From: Octopus sinensis
Lineage: Eukaryota
Direction of reading: 5' to 3'
DNA: 64,000 nucleotides
Assembly (NCBI RefSeq): GCF_006345805.1
Contig: NC_042998.1
Coordinates: forward strand, 169,570,001 to 169,634,000
Each line of letters begins with the position of its first letter. The first letter of the stretch is position 1. A model generated the notes under the pieces. The model did no database searches and had not been told where the DNA came from. It saw only the letters and a program-made list of their open reading frames with translations. Made by a program: the position numbers and the translations under genes. Shown here one piece after another: positions 1 to 12,457 of the stretch.

Positions 1-1149
1 GCCATTTGATGTTTATAAAATCCTAGTACATCTTTATAATTAAATACTATAAGGAATTGTATTTAAAAAATTGTTAAAATATTGTGAATTGTGTTACAGA
101 AATATAACCGATTTATTGCATCAGTTTTAACAACAAAATGTTATAAGGACCCTCAGGGGCCATACGGACACACTGTTTTACACAGTTATAAGTTTTACGA
201 AACTGGTGTTGTTTCACTATAAACCTTCGATCGCGTCAAGCATTAAAAAAAACAAACTTTCAGCTAACTTTGTGGCCTTTATCCATTTCAATATCAAGCG
301 GCTTGATAGCTGTACATGCTGATGGAGCTCTTACCAATACTCAGTCTGTCCACGCTTGTATACCCACAAGGCTCGGTAATGCCTCCTATACTAATCTTTA
401 TACACATTAATGGCTTACATGCAGTTACTTATAACCATTCACATGCATACATGGGTTTAATGTCAATTTATAAAAAGAATCCGTGGATCGAAATACAATT
501 GATCAAAGTAATAATAACTGTTCGAATCAACAATTAATTCAGTTATTTAGTATAGAAAATAGGTTAAAGAAAAAGGTTTTATTAAAATATTTTTTACATA
601 AAAAAAATATCATTGAATGTTTGTGTGTGTATGTGTGGAGAGAGAGAGAGAGAGATTTATACATGGTCTGAAAATTAGCGTAGTTTATATTAATGTTTAT
701 GAGAGCTAGTTTAAAATCTGTGATAATCGAATCAATATTTGAATTATATTAATGTCTCTTTATAACCTTTATGGTAACTAGTTTAAAATATGTGGTAATC
801 GAATCAATATTTGAAAATGATGTAACTGTTTTTATTGGACAAAGAGTGCAACAACTAGTTCAACAAAACTGCAAGATCAAAAAGCGATATAACCGTACAC
901 GAGTGTGTGTATGTGCTTGTGACATTTTTACGGTTACAGTAAACTTAAACATGGTACGTACTCACACGTAAACTTAGGCGTGGTACGTATACACAGAGGA
1001 TTTCGCAATGAAGAAGTAATATAGAGAATAGATTAGAAGAGGAGATAGTGAGTAAAAAGAAAAGAGACAATTACGGTTGCCATCGTAACTGGCGTGGAGG
1101 TGGTGAGAACGACCCGTGAAAATTTCTTCAACACCAAAAACGAAGCTGC

Positions 1150-3160
1150 ACCACCCAAAACCGGGAAGTGGTAGCGTTTTTGAGGAAAGATGCAAACAAG
1201 AAATATACTGTTGATAATTTCTGACTCATAACTCTGCTGAATGCAGGATGTAAGATTTTGGCCATGGTGCTAGTAACGAAATTGGCGTTTAGCACCAGTA
1301 GAGTAGTGGGGAAAGCATGGGAAGCCCTGTCCACAACATTCTCCACTTCATGTAGTGGAGGATGTGGATAGGATGGGTAACAATTTTATTTCGATGATGC
1401 TCTCATCAGTTAGGATCAATCGAGAGCTTTCAACGGTGTCATCCATCATATGTGGAAATAGTTCTCGAAGCATCCGATTTCCGACTTATTTTAAGAGGCT
1501 GTTTGCTTCAATGTTCAGTGGCATCCGTTTGGTTGCCAAATTGACACCCATTGGAGTTGTTTCGATTCACACATGCCATTTGTGTAATCTCTTCTGTAAG
1601 TAATGACACTTAAGTCAGTTGCGAAAGGCGGAGTTGTTGAAGGGAATTCCGATCAAATCAAGACGTGGCATAAGCGGATACCATCGAAATAGTTTCAGAC
1701 ACCACAGAGGTGATTGGTGTCGTTGTAAAGTTGATGCTATGACAGGAGCCAGTTGGCTTGTTGCTCGACACCAGAGGGAGCAAGTTCATGGCACCAACCA
1801 ACGTCCGTGAGTTACTGGATTAATAACTTAACTGTTTAGTTGCTTGGGGTTTGATCTAGTCCAGACCTCTACTTGGATAGAAACAGCGACGAAACAATGA
1901 GCAAGGATGGCTAGTCTCACACAGAAATGAGCTGAGATGAAACTATTTCTAGTCGAACAGGGCTAATGGATGCATACATCATCTCCTTAGCCGTATTACC
2001 TTGCTCCATCTTTTTATCTGACAAGTTAGGACCATCAGACGGCCCACTTCTTGGAGAAGGTTCGCATTCTACTGATCAGACAGTCTATCTACTACCAACA
2101 TCCTCAGTACAGACGACTCGATAATCTGTTGCCCATGGTGCACAGACATGCACTAGGGCTTAGGCATCTACAGAGATTTCTGGTCGGTGATGTGGTCGAT
2201 CTTTGTTGGGCACAATTTCTCACAGCTCAGCTAATCCTGAAATCTTTGATCAAGCGAAAATCAAGACTAGAAGGCTGACATCTGGAATGTTGTCAAGCAC
2301 TCACAAACCTCTACTGGTTGGACAACAAGGCTGGTTGAAACAGGAAGAGAAACTTTTTATTTCCCTTCGCCCTCGAGGAAACTCAAGATGTCTATGAAAT
2401 CAACTGGTCGCAGAGGACTCTCGGATTAGGAACTATAGATAACTTCCAGAGATCCCTGGGCTAGCAGTAATATCAGGGTCCTTGTCGGTTCAAGATCAAT
2501 TTTACAGACACGGAAATGTCATCAGCCGGGCCTGTCATAGATGCGCGTAAAAGAATGAAATCGTTCTGCATTCGTTTATTTGGTGTTCGAATATTGTTCA
2601 CCTGTCGAATTTTATCAAACAGCTGCTACCACGCATACTATGGAACCGACTATTAGCCGGCCGAATCCATCTTAAAGATCGCCCCGCCACCTTTCTGTGA
2701 CAATGAAGAACAAATAGGTTCTCTCTGTCTAGTGGCCATGATAAGAGTGTGTGTGGTGAACGCAACTGAAAAAAAGTGAAGACATATTTTCTTTTTCAGC
2801 CAAGCGCTCATCGACTTTTCAAGTTTCATGTGGAGAAAGTGAGGCTGGCCTCAAGTAAATTTGCTGAAAGGTGGATGAGAGCAGCAAGCGTGGTCTGAGT
2901 GAATGGTTGGTCTACTTTCTGCATGCAACTGTCGGTCGAAAATATGAAAGCTTTCAGAAGACTTTTACCCTAAGCAATCAAGGTCCTATGTAGATGGCAA
3001 CCCTTCTAGTGGAACAGTACCATATTTTGTATAATGTATATACCATTACTTTTCATTTCATTCCTTTCTTATATACTTCCTTCATCCCACTTTTTGTAAA
3101 CTATCCTTGTCATGTTCTTTCATCGGTTGCCCTCGTAGCAATGTAAGCAAAGACTATTAC
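1150..3160 (+). mobile_element. Degenerate Tx1/L1-type non-LTR retrotransposon, 5'-truncated ORF2 (RT, C-terminal zinc knuckle) plus 3' UTR
   Basis: Manual + strand translation through stops and frameshifts gives VAFLRKDANKKYTVDNF*LITLLNAGCKILAMVL (L1-type 'NFRPITLLN..KILAKVL'), ALIS*DQSRAFNGV ('LDQSKAFDRV'), LLGV*SSPDL, RHALGLRHLQRFL and a C-x2-C-x8-H-x4-C knuckle at 2533-2586 (CHRCA*KNEIVLHSFIWC). Confidence 0.85.
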
Positions 3161-3316
3161 TAGTATTATCAAAAGTATATTATCAAGAAAAATAGTTAAT
3201 CCAGTTTTACCGCTAAAAAAACAAAAAAAAACCTCTACAGTATTTACCTAAAGTGTAAAGAAAACTGTTTTCTGAGACATAGGTGTTTGATTTGCTAATT
3301 TAAGACTGGTATTCTT

Positions 3317-3370
3317 CGCTGAGGAAAATAGCATGTAGTCTCTTCGGTCTACATGCTATTTTCCTCGGCG
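3317..3370. repeat. 54-nt near-perfect hairpin (22-bp stem, 10-nt loop containing C-TTCG-G)
   Basis: cgctgaggaaaatagcatgtag (3317-3338) pairs with ctacatgctattttcctcggcg (3349-3370), with one G-T wobble. Confidence 0.95.
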
Positions 3371-4875
3371 TTTATCTCTCTATATAGGTTTGTGGCTTGT
3401 CTACTTTTTCTTGTATATGTCGTCAATATGTTTAATTAAATAGGCTAACATGTATTTATATTATAAATATTTGCACAATGCTCGTACATTTAAATATAGT
3501 CATTATACATACATAATAGCAATGCGAATCGGGTGGCTATTCTTTCTTTCTTCCGAATAAGCTGCTTGATTATATGTCAAAATTTTCGGTGCTTTCATTG
3601 TTTATTTTTTTTTATGTCAAAGCTTTTAGTTCTTACATATTTTTTTGTTGTCGTTACCATATTGAAAGTTTATTTTTACGATCGTAACTATCGTACAACG
3701 CTCACTGGCAGCAATAAATAGATACATGACATATGTCACTAGTTTAAAGAATTGTATACTTGAGTTGTAAAGAATGTGAAATTATTTTTTATTATAGGAT
3801 CTTATTATACATAAAAACTTTCAAGTTTCAGAAATAGATAAAAAGTTAAAGACAGGCGATCTGTAATCGGTAACACGTTTACCCGGCAAGTGACAGATAC
3901 ATGTTTCGAATCTCAGCAAGCTTGTTTCTCCTTCATCTCAAGCTGGAACTTATCATGTATATCATATACATATGCAAAACATTGATTATTTATTTCAGCA
4001 TGTAGTTCGAGTTTATAGTCAAGTAATCTCTTCGTGTCAGCAATATTTACGTTCTAGACTTGATTTATTTTCACTTGTATGCATCTTACTAATAGCCTTG
4101 CGCAAATTTTTTTCGTTATTATAGCAAGGATATTTATTACAATATGACAATAAGTACTATATATGATGGTCGCTCCCGTCGGTTTCGACGTATGGGTGTT
4201 TGGAGTAGAGGATTTTAAAAAAGTGGGGAAAAAGAGAGAACAACTTTTAGAAAGAAAAGAACAAAAGATGCTGCATCTATTTGCAATGGATGCGTGAATG
4301 TAATTTGAATCCAGGCATGGATTTTGATATGAAGTCACAGTAGGGACACAGCTGATTTTGATTTTGCTTGGGATTGGGCAGCAAGCATGTCTCTTGATTG
4401 CAGAATATAATTCTTTTGTTCGTCAACTCAAAATTGTTTTGATGCATCCTGGCACATTTGACGTCATGCAGATCGATTTAATGACTTCCTCAAGATGTCA
4501 AGTTAAGCTGTAGAGATTTTAGTGATTGCTTCAACTTATCCTTATACATAAGGACCTGTGTGTATGTGTGTCAGACGAAAATCGCTACAGTAACGAGTAT
4601 TGAGAACGCTAGAAGCATTTCTGTCTTTTTAGGCATTTTCAATAGTGTATTCACAGCCAATCACATGCTTAGTTAGTTGCTATCGATATATACGAAAATG
4701 CAGAATAAATAATCGCTGGTGTGATGAATAGCCGCCCGGCTGAATAGAAATCCGCACTATATGTATCACACTTAATGTAAATACATCGTGATAAGCAAAT
4801 TTACTGCGGTTTTCGCCTGCGGATAATATATCTTCACTGCTTTTTTTTTATATATCGGTGGCAATAAATTCCGGT

Positions 4876-5219
4876 CAGTGGTCCCCCATTCACCATACAG
4901 CCCGGACCTAGGCGCTCTTCGATTTCTCGACTTCTACTCGTTAAAGCCAATGAAGGACAGTCTTCGAGAACAGCAATTTGATGATACCGATGAGGTGAAA
5001 GTTGCTGTGAAGAGTCAGTTCACCCGTACGCTCTTGAATTTGTTCAAAGAAGATCCGAGAGTCGGTTCCGACGACTGTGTAAACTTGCCGTTTGTGGTAG
5101 AGACTATGTTGAGTAGTACTTTCGTACAGAGGAAGAGTTACTCCACCAATATGTGCAGTTTAAGCGAACTGTGTCAGTTGATGAAAATATTATGCTCACT
5201 TTGGTATAACTCTCGTGTG
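4876..5219 (+). mobile_element. Mariner transposase 3' fragment (YSPDL motif) with decayed right end
   Basis: ORF 4878-5240 reads VPHSPYSPDL...FYSLKPMKDSLREQQFDDTDEVKVAVK, the mariner 'HPPYSPDLAP.DF.LF..MK..L....F....EVK' C-terminal block. Confidence 0.85.
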
Positions 5220-5237
5220 TATGCATTTATGCATACA

Positions 5238-5376
5238 TAGTGGGAAATTTAAGATAAACACAAGTATAAATATTTAGTTCTTATGTACGTTTCACCATTG
5301 CAGATATCTGAACTGCTATGGTGAAACGTACGAGGAACTAAATATCTATACTGATATTTATCTTAATTATCCACTA
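5238..5376. repeat. About 140-bp imperfect palindrome (fold-back element)
   Basis: Core arms tatttagttcttatgtacgtttcaccattgcag (5271-5303) and ctgctatggtgaaacgtacgaggaactaaata (5313-5344); imperfect pairing extends out to tagtgg (5238) / ccacta (5376). Confidence 0.9.
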
Positions 5377-5516
5377 CCTACGTTCTGTATACCATAATTA
5401 GAAACACGACCAAGGACAGTGGTCGACTAACCGCTATACTGGAAGCTCACTGGATAATGAAAATCTACATGGATATCTCATATAGTAGTAGTCCTAGATC
5501 TAGTTGTACATACAAG

Positions 5517-5562
<46 letters not shown>

Positions 5563-5891
5563 CGTCGGTATTTCATATATCCGAAAAAGAAACACACTCT
5601 AAAGCGTTGGAGCAGTAACATTTGTTTAGGAAGTCAAAAGTTATGGCCGGTCATAGTGACCATTGGTTTCGCACCTCTAAAGCGCTTAGCAATATAGGCG
5701 ACTTGAGACACTGAAATAACTGAAGGTCACTATACTACTGACCACTTTATAGGTGGTCTGTGGCCACTCCATCACCAGCCTTCACATCCTAATATATATG
5801 TATATATATATATATATATATATGGATCAAACAGTTTGATTCAAATTCCTTGGTACTTCAAGCGTAATATTGGTCTTCAGCAACTGGTATG

Positions 5892-5937
<46 letters not shown>

Positions 5938-6472
5938 ATATTTTATTTATTAGCTGTAAAGCTACATAAGTGACTCAAAAACTTAGCGTTTCGTGCTCGG
6001 CACTTACCAAACTTGATAAGTGACAGAGTGGCGTTTGAGCTCAGAACCCATCAATGTCTTTGTTATGAGTTCAGGTCCTATTGGGTTCAGTTCTACCTTT
6101 GTTTGAAATTTAGAAAATAAATACCACTGATAATACTGCATCCTGTATCTCGGTCGTATCTCATTCCCTTGTAAATTTGTGAACTTTTGCCAATATAAGA
6201 TATATTCAGTATTGTTTTTTTTTTATTAAATATTTTAGTCGGTTCTTTTTTTAAAATTTTGTTCTTATAACAAACCTTTGCCAAAATAAAATACAAGGAA
6301 ATGCTCATTATAAAAGGAAGTTGTAACCATTCAGAATTAATTTACGATTTTGATTATAAAATTTGGGCAAAAGTCCTATTTTTCCATTGAAGTTTAATAA
6401 ATTAAGTATTGAAACTTGAGTTTTGTTATAGAATATATTTACCACACCATCATCATCATAATCATCATCATC

Positions 6473-7065
6473 AAGGCATTGAGCTGGCAGAATCGTTAGC
6501 ACGACGGACAAAATGTTTCGCGACTTTTTTTTTTCCAGTTTTACGTTCTGAGTTCAAATTCCACCGAGGTCCACCTTGCCTTTCATCCTTTTGTAGTCGA
6601 TGAAATAAGTACTTAAGCACTAAGATCGATGTAATTGACTAGCTCCCTCTCCCCAAATTTGAAGCCTTGTGCCTATAGTAGGATTTTTTTAAAGTTAGCG
6701 AGCTGGCAGAATCATTAGCACATCGGACAAAATGATTAGCGATATTTCTTCCAGTTCTTTACGTCTTGTGTCAAAATTCTGCTGAGGTCGACTTTGTCTT
6801 TCATCTTTTCGGGGTTGATATAATCGACTTGCCCACTCTTCTCAAGGTTGCTGGTCTTGTGCCGAAGTTGTAAAGAATTATTACTATTTGGCTGTGAGCT
6901 GACAGAATCATTAGAGGATTGGAGAAAATGCTTCATTACATTCTGAGTTCAAATTCCGCTGAAGTCAGCTTTGCTTTACGTCGTTTCATGGTCGATAATT
7001 TCATGGTCAATTACAGGGTCTATGTAATTGACTTGTTCCCACTCAAATTGCTGGTTTTGTACTAT
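6473..7065 (+). mobile_element. Three tandem diverged copies of tRNA-derived SINE family A (head GGCGGCGAGCTGGCAGAATCGTTAGC, B box GAGTTCAAAT)
   Basis: The head, B-box and 'gactttgcctttcatcc' body recur at about 6473, 6697 and 6893. Confidence 0.85.
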
Positions 7066-7074
7066 AATTATTAT

Positions 7075-7470
7075 GGCGGAGTCCCACACTCCTAACAACT
7101 CTACCTTATTGTAGCCAAGTATCTCTTCTGTAGTAAGACAGCTATCCCTGACCCTCTATCATACTCGAAACTCTCGCCTGACTCACGGCCACTTTTCTAA
7201 GTTCCTCTCCTCTCAACCGAGACGTCCTTGTTTGTCTTGCAAGCAGGTACTGGTGACACGTAAAAAGCCCCACGTTAAGAGCACCCGTGCCGGCGTCACG
7301 TAAAAGTACCCACTACACTCTAATGTGGTTGGCGTTAGGAAGGGTATCTAGTCGTAGGAACAATACCAAAACAGACGATTGGGGCCTGATGCAGCCCTCC
7401 GGCTTGTCAGTTTCTGTAAAACCGTTCAACCAATGTTAGAATAGAAAACGGATGTTATATGATGATGATG
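7075..7470 (+). mobile_element. RTE 3'-UTR-related SINE/LINE end (family E) with (TGA)n tail
   Basis: gtggttggcgttaggaaggg...aaaacggatgttatatgatgatgatg matches the reverse complement of the RTE 3' end at 49101-49300. Confidence 0.75.
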
Positions 7471-7529
7471 ACTACTGCAACTTGGCAGAATCGTTAAAGC
7501 GTCTGAAAAAAAATGCCTTACAGTATTTG

Positions 7530-7990
7530 TTCTTGGGAATCTCCGAAATCGCCCGTCAGCATCTCTTGATTTGGTTCATCCAAAAAAAGGGCCTACATCT
7601 TCCGGGCAGGTATAGTTTATTCTTTCGTAACCTTTTCTTGTCGTTTTCATTAAACATACGATCATCTAAATTTTTTACGTTGTACAGATTTAATTCTTGC
7701 TCTATCCACAAATTTGTTGGTTCAGTCTCCTCCAATTCATATAACAACTCAAGTGGTCACTTGTTATTGTTTTTCATAAAGCAGTAAAAATACTCGAGTC
7801 ATAATGTTTGGATTTTTCTTCCAGACTTCTTGAAGGTTTCTGAGAGGGCTGTCTGTCCGTTTTCTTCTTTTTTGTTGTTGTTGTTACTTTTTCTTCCTAT
7901 TGTCCTCCGTGTCTCTTCAGGTTGCATTGATCCCCATCCTTGCAAGTAGTCTGGAGTAGAGCTGTTAGGAGCTTCGCCATAATCTACCTC
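7530..7990 (-). pseudogene. Decayed coding remnant of about 150 codons, possibly the N-terminal part of a LINE ORF1
   Basis: One - strand frame reads DYGEAPNSSTPDYLQGWGSMQPEETRRTIGRK...SETFKKSGRKIQTL*LEYFYCFMKNNNK*PLELLYELEETEPTNLWIEQELNLYNVKNLDDRMFNENDKKRLRKNKLYLPGRCRPFFWMNQIKR with only two internal stops. The family identity is an unverified recollection. Confidence 0.45.
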
Positions 7991-8600
7991 CTTTTAGTTT
8001 AATGTAAATACAATTGTGAATAGAGGCAAACATTTATTAGAAGTTTTTTTGTTGTAACCTAACATGGCGACAAGACAAAAAGAAAAAGGAAAATACGTCC
8101 CTTCAATTAAGAGAAGTATCTACAGACTAACATTTTATGATGCACTGCAAACCATAATCGTAACCGTAATCACTGATCCTAAACCCAAACACTAATTAAA
8201 TCTAAACTCTATGCCTTAATCCAAAATCTAGTTCCTCTGGAAATATATAAAAATATTAATTTTTTGTAATGTCAGTAATAGATGGATTGGCTAAAATTAC
8301 AAAGGGATGGGGGGAAAAACGAGCGAATATCTGAAGAGATTTTATCTCAGACAATTCCACATTATCATGCCTTCTAACGGTGTGTATGCATTGTGTATGA
8401 TACACAGATGACAATTATTATATAAATTGTTTTGCGGTTTAAAACGCTATTAAAGTATATTCTGTGCTTTGTAGTATCTAAATTGATAATAGTTGAACCT
8501 AAAAAGGGACTTTGTAGTGTTTCTTTCATTTTACCACTACTTTTTCAAAAGCCATCAGTATCTCTTTAGACTGATTGTTCTCTGAGAGAAACCTCCACAT

Positions 8601-8715
8601 CAGACATGGGCAACCTTTTTCGAGAAGCAGGCCGTACTACTAAAAAAATTCAAGGTAATTTTTCGTTGGGCCTGCCATTCAGAAAGTCCCGTGGATCGCA
8701 GTTTGCTCTTGACTA
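8601..8715. mobile_element. hAT/Charlie-like MITE (same family as 20948-21097 and 35874-36025)
   Basis: Termini cagacatgggcaac ... cagtttgctcttgacta; the internal sequence matches the reverse complement of 20948-21097. Confidence 0.65.
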
Positions 8716-8804
8716 TCCTCCATTATTCCCTCAGCCTACTAGAAGTAGCAGCTAAATTTCCTCTAGCTCATTCCAGAGAAAGACGTAATGATTAATGTTG
8801 TCCA

Positions 8805-9037
8805 CGGTTGGTAGACGAAAAGTGAAAGAAGCCCGTCGTGTGTTTGTGTGTGTGTGTTCCATCACTGCTTGACAACTGGTGTTGGCGTGTTTACGTCCCC
8901 GTAACTTAGCAGTCCGGCAAAAGTTCCCGATAGAATAAATACCAGGCTTTATAAAATAAGTCGATTCATTCGACTAAAACTTCTTCAACGCGGTGCCCTG
9001 TCATGGTTGTAGTCTAATGACTGAAACAAATAAAAAA
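8805..9037 (+). mobile_element. SINE family B, 3' part
   Basis: ggtagacg..gaaagaagcccgtcg..gtttacgtccccgtaacttagc..gactgaaacaa, as in the young copy at 36242-36625. Confidence 0.85.
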
Positions 9038-9651
9038 TAAGTATAAACAAACGGTAAATTGAGAAGGTGTAAGAGGAAAGGTTTTGAAATACCTTGGGAT
9101 TGACAACGACAATAGCTGAGATAGCTGACATATTTATGAAAGAAAACTCTATTGTAATCAAATCATTCGAGCGTGGTAAAGGATGGTATTTGTAAGAAAT
9201 TACACCATAGGAAAACGAATTAAAGAAAGAAAATGAAAAATATGAAAGTATATATTATATCTCGTGATATACGTAAATGAATTGGGTGTTACCTAAAAGG
9301 GAAAAATTATACCCAATTTTTTTCTAACCATCACCAACCTCACTCAGTGACACAGCAAGAGTTCTCAACAGTTGGTAGCAACAGGGCTGGCTCAAGGTAC
9401 CGGCAACTCGGGTAGTCGTCTGGGGCGCTATGTGTTAGGGGACGCCAAAGAGAGCGTGACAAAGACAAGGAAATTTCCAAGACCGTCAGCTTGTACACGC
9501 CGAAGTTCAGCTTGCTCGGGGCGCCAGTAACCCTAGTAGCAATGATACTTTTGACACTCCCAGGAAAAGTAGGCCACAGGAAACACCTGCGCTCAGAGAC
9601 GATTGTTCCTTTTCGCCCCTACCTTGCTACCCTTCTGTCATCTACATTTAA

Positions 9652-9852
9652 CCCTTCAGCATTCAGATTTCTCTGTTAAATATAATACTTAACTATTCAC
9701 ATTGATTTGAGTTCCATTACCTTGTAACTTTGACATTTCAATCATGTGATTGTTTATTTTTGAAGTAATATTGTAGCGGAAGTATGAGAGGCCAGAGCTA
9801 GCCAGTTTTGAAAATAAAACAGAATATTCTGGCCGGTTTAAATGCTAAAGGG
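9652..9852. mobile_element. piggyBac-like MITE
   Basis: TTAA (9648-9651) | cccttcagcatt ... aatgctaaaggg | TTCA. The TIR begins CCCT and matches at 11 of 12 positions; the TTAA target duplication has one mismatch. Confidence 0.7.
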
Positions 9853-10140
9853 TTCAGTCATCACGTGATGTTCACTTCCAAATGTGATGCGCCAGTGATC
9901 ACGAAGTTCCATAACTAGAACTCAACTTTTCTGGATATTTTCGGTTTGGGCTACCTCTTCCAATTTCATTGAGAAATTCTACACAAATGTGTAGTTTTTT
10001 TATACTGATTAGGAAGACCATTATTTATATATATATATACACATGCACACACATATTTTAAAGTCACGAACTTTTAAAGATGGGATTTTTTTTGTAATTT
10101 TAACCGATCAGTCACTTTCGACATCCCATTCCATAGACAA

Positions 10141-10250
<110 letters not shown>

Positions 10251-10942
10251 TCAGAGCAAATAATTGAAGATTAGGGTTTACGTTTAAGGCTTGTGACGCA
10301 CTGCAAAATTTTATTGCAAACGTTGTTTCCTTCTATTAAATGTTTTCGTTTTTAAAGATTTTGTTTTATAACGTTTAAATCATTAGTTTCTCTAAAAATA
10401 ATTTGTTGTGATTCCCAAACGACCCCACCCTTAATACACACAAAACCCTTGGAACTTTCAAGAATAAATTTACTAAAATTTCAGTAATTGGCGTGAAAAA
10501 CTTTATCTGTGTCGAAATTTTAAATAGAATTTGGAGAGGTAGTCAAACCAAAAAAGGATCTCTTTTTACAAACTTTTCTCAGAAAAGACTAGTTAAAACT
10601 CAGCACTATGAATTAACGAAGCATTGGCGGCTTTTACTGCACTTCCTCAGCATGTTTTTCTTACCTCTTTACGGCTTGGTATGCGGGAAATTGATCGAAA
10701 TGCATTTAATCGAAAACTGTTGACCGAAAAAGAAATTAATCGAAGTAGCAATTGCTCGAATCAATTATATTGTCACATCAATTTTTATTTTATTGAAATG
10801 TAAAACATGACAAAACAAAAACAGTCTGTAGTTTGTGTGTAACGTTTATGTTTACAGTTTAATTATACTAGTTTTTACACTGTAAATATAAACTCACACG
10901 CCCATGTGCAATTACCCATAACTGGAAATAACAGTTCTCTTT

Positions 10943-11307
10943 GGTAATTTCTGTATTAACACCCACACGATTTTCATTAAGGAAAAAAAAATACCTCGGA
11001 TTTTTTGCGTGGAATCAAGTGCTCTGACCTCCTAATATGCTGCAAATCCCTTATTTTTGTTCGGAAAAAAGGGGGGAGGGGGAATCATTGGAAATTTCTT
11101 TTTCGTTGAATGAATAACTGTAACCTAATATGCTACAAAACCCTTTTGGGGGTCCGAAAAATGGGGTGGGGTGAAGTGGAAGCCTCGGAAAATTCTACCC
11201 CCACCCTCATTGATCTTTTCACCCGCACGATTTTCACTAAGGAAAAAAAAATCCGATTTTTTTTTTCTTTAGTGAAAATCGTATGGGTGTTAATACAGAA
11301 ATTTACC
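10943..11307. mobile_element. MITE with terminal inverted repeats of about 50 bp
   Basis: ggtaatttctgtattaacacccacacgattttcattaagg (left) pairs with ...tagtgaaaatcgtatgggtgttaatacagaaatttacc (right); an extra internal copy of the arm lies at about 11222-11255. No target-site duplication (TSD) is evident. Confidence 0.65.
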
Positions 11308-11694
11308 CTTTCTTTTGTAATATTGTTGAATTACTGACTTCTTCGTACAGTGAAAACATTAATTTTCACGTAACATGAAAGAAAGAAATTTCGTGTTACA
11401 AAATTTTAGGTTACCTCAAAACTTCCGTAACATGAGGGATACTTGTATTATATAAATAGTAGTTGTGTATGTTTCAACCAAAGGTACCGCATAAAATATT
11501 CTTTTGTTTCGAAGGGGCCTGTTTGAAACGTTAAAATTCTTTAGCTCGTTCCACAGACGAATTTAAAGACAAGAAAAATAAACCGATAGAATAATTACCA
11601 GGTTTTTAAAAAATGCACTGGAGTCGATTCATAGACTAAAAAATTCAAGTTGGTATCCAAAATAACAAAGAAAAAGGGAAATGCATTTCGACTA

Positions 11695-12182
11695 CCGTAA
11701 ATCCTCGGGTATAATCCGCATTTTTTCCCCAAAATTTAAAGGTCAAAATCCCTAGTGCGTACTATAAACGAGGTTAAAAATGAAAATTATTTTCTAAGCA
11801 ATGTCCGAGTCTCTATTTGCTGTCCAGAAATGTTTATTCAGACGCATTTTGTGATGTCGGGCGCGAAAATACCTTCAGCTAAGCCTGAAAGCAATGAAGT
11901 CATAAAAGAATCACCCATAACTTGCAGTAAGCAACATTTAATAAATGTTATTTCTTTATTTTCTGCAGACAAAATGCACAAAAACGCTACACGTTTGCAT
12001 TATGTTATATATATACAATAATAATAAAGGACGTTACCGTATACATTTTTACAAACCAAGGGCGTTATATAGACCTCCTTGACTCAAGTTAGAGAAGGGG
12101 TGCGTATTATACACAAGGTTTAGGTTTTTCAGAGGTACAGTCCCCTAAAAATTCCCTGCGTATTATACTCAAGGATTTACGG
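11695..12182. mobile_element. pogo/Tigger-type non-autonomous DNA transposon
   Basis: TA | ccgtaaatcctcgggtataatccgca ... tgcgtattatactcaaggatttacgg | TA; 26-bp TIR with 3 mismatches and a TA target duplication. Confidence 0.85.
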
Positions 12183-12457
12183 TAATATCTTTTGATTCTT
12201 ATTTGTGATTTATCATTGATAACACCATGAAGTAAATTTATACAGGAGCAAGTTAGTGAGTCAGTGTTCATGTATTTCTCAAAGGCGTTTAATTGAATGA
12301 ATCAGCTTCAACCACTTATCGATTAGACTGAATCGCTGATAGTTTTTCCTGTAGCTTCAGGATTCATGACTGAAAAGTATATAGTTTTAGAAACCTAATA
12401 CAGATTCAAGGTTTCCGCTTAAAATAATATTTTGCACCACGGAAATCGACGAAAATG

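Noticed and set aside
3895-3945. Hammerhead-like strings at 3895-3945 (-), 11505-11536 (+), 19100-19140 (-), 43315-43350 (-) and 44900-44935 (+)
   Set aside because: Each has only one core half or lacks two stems. They are too degenerate to separate from chance without a family consensus.
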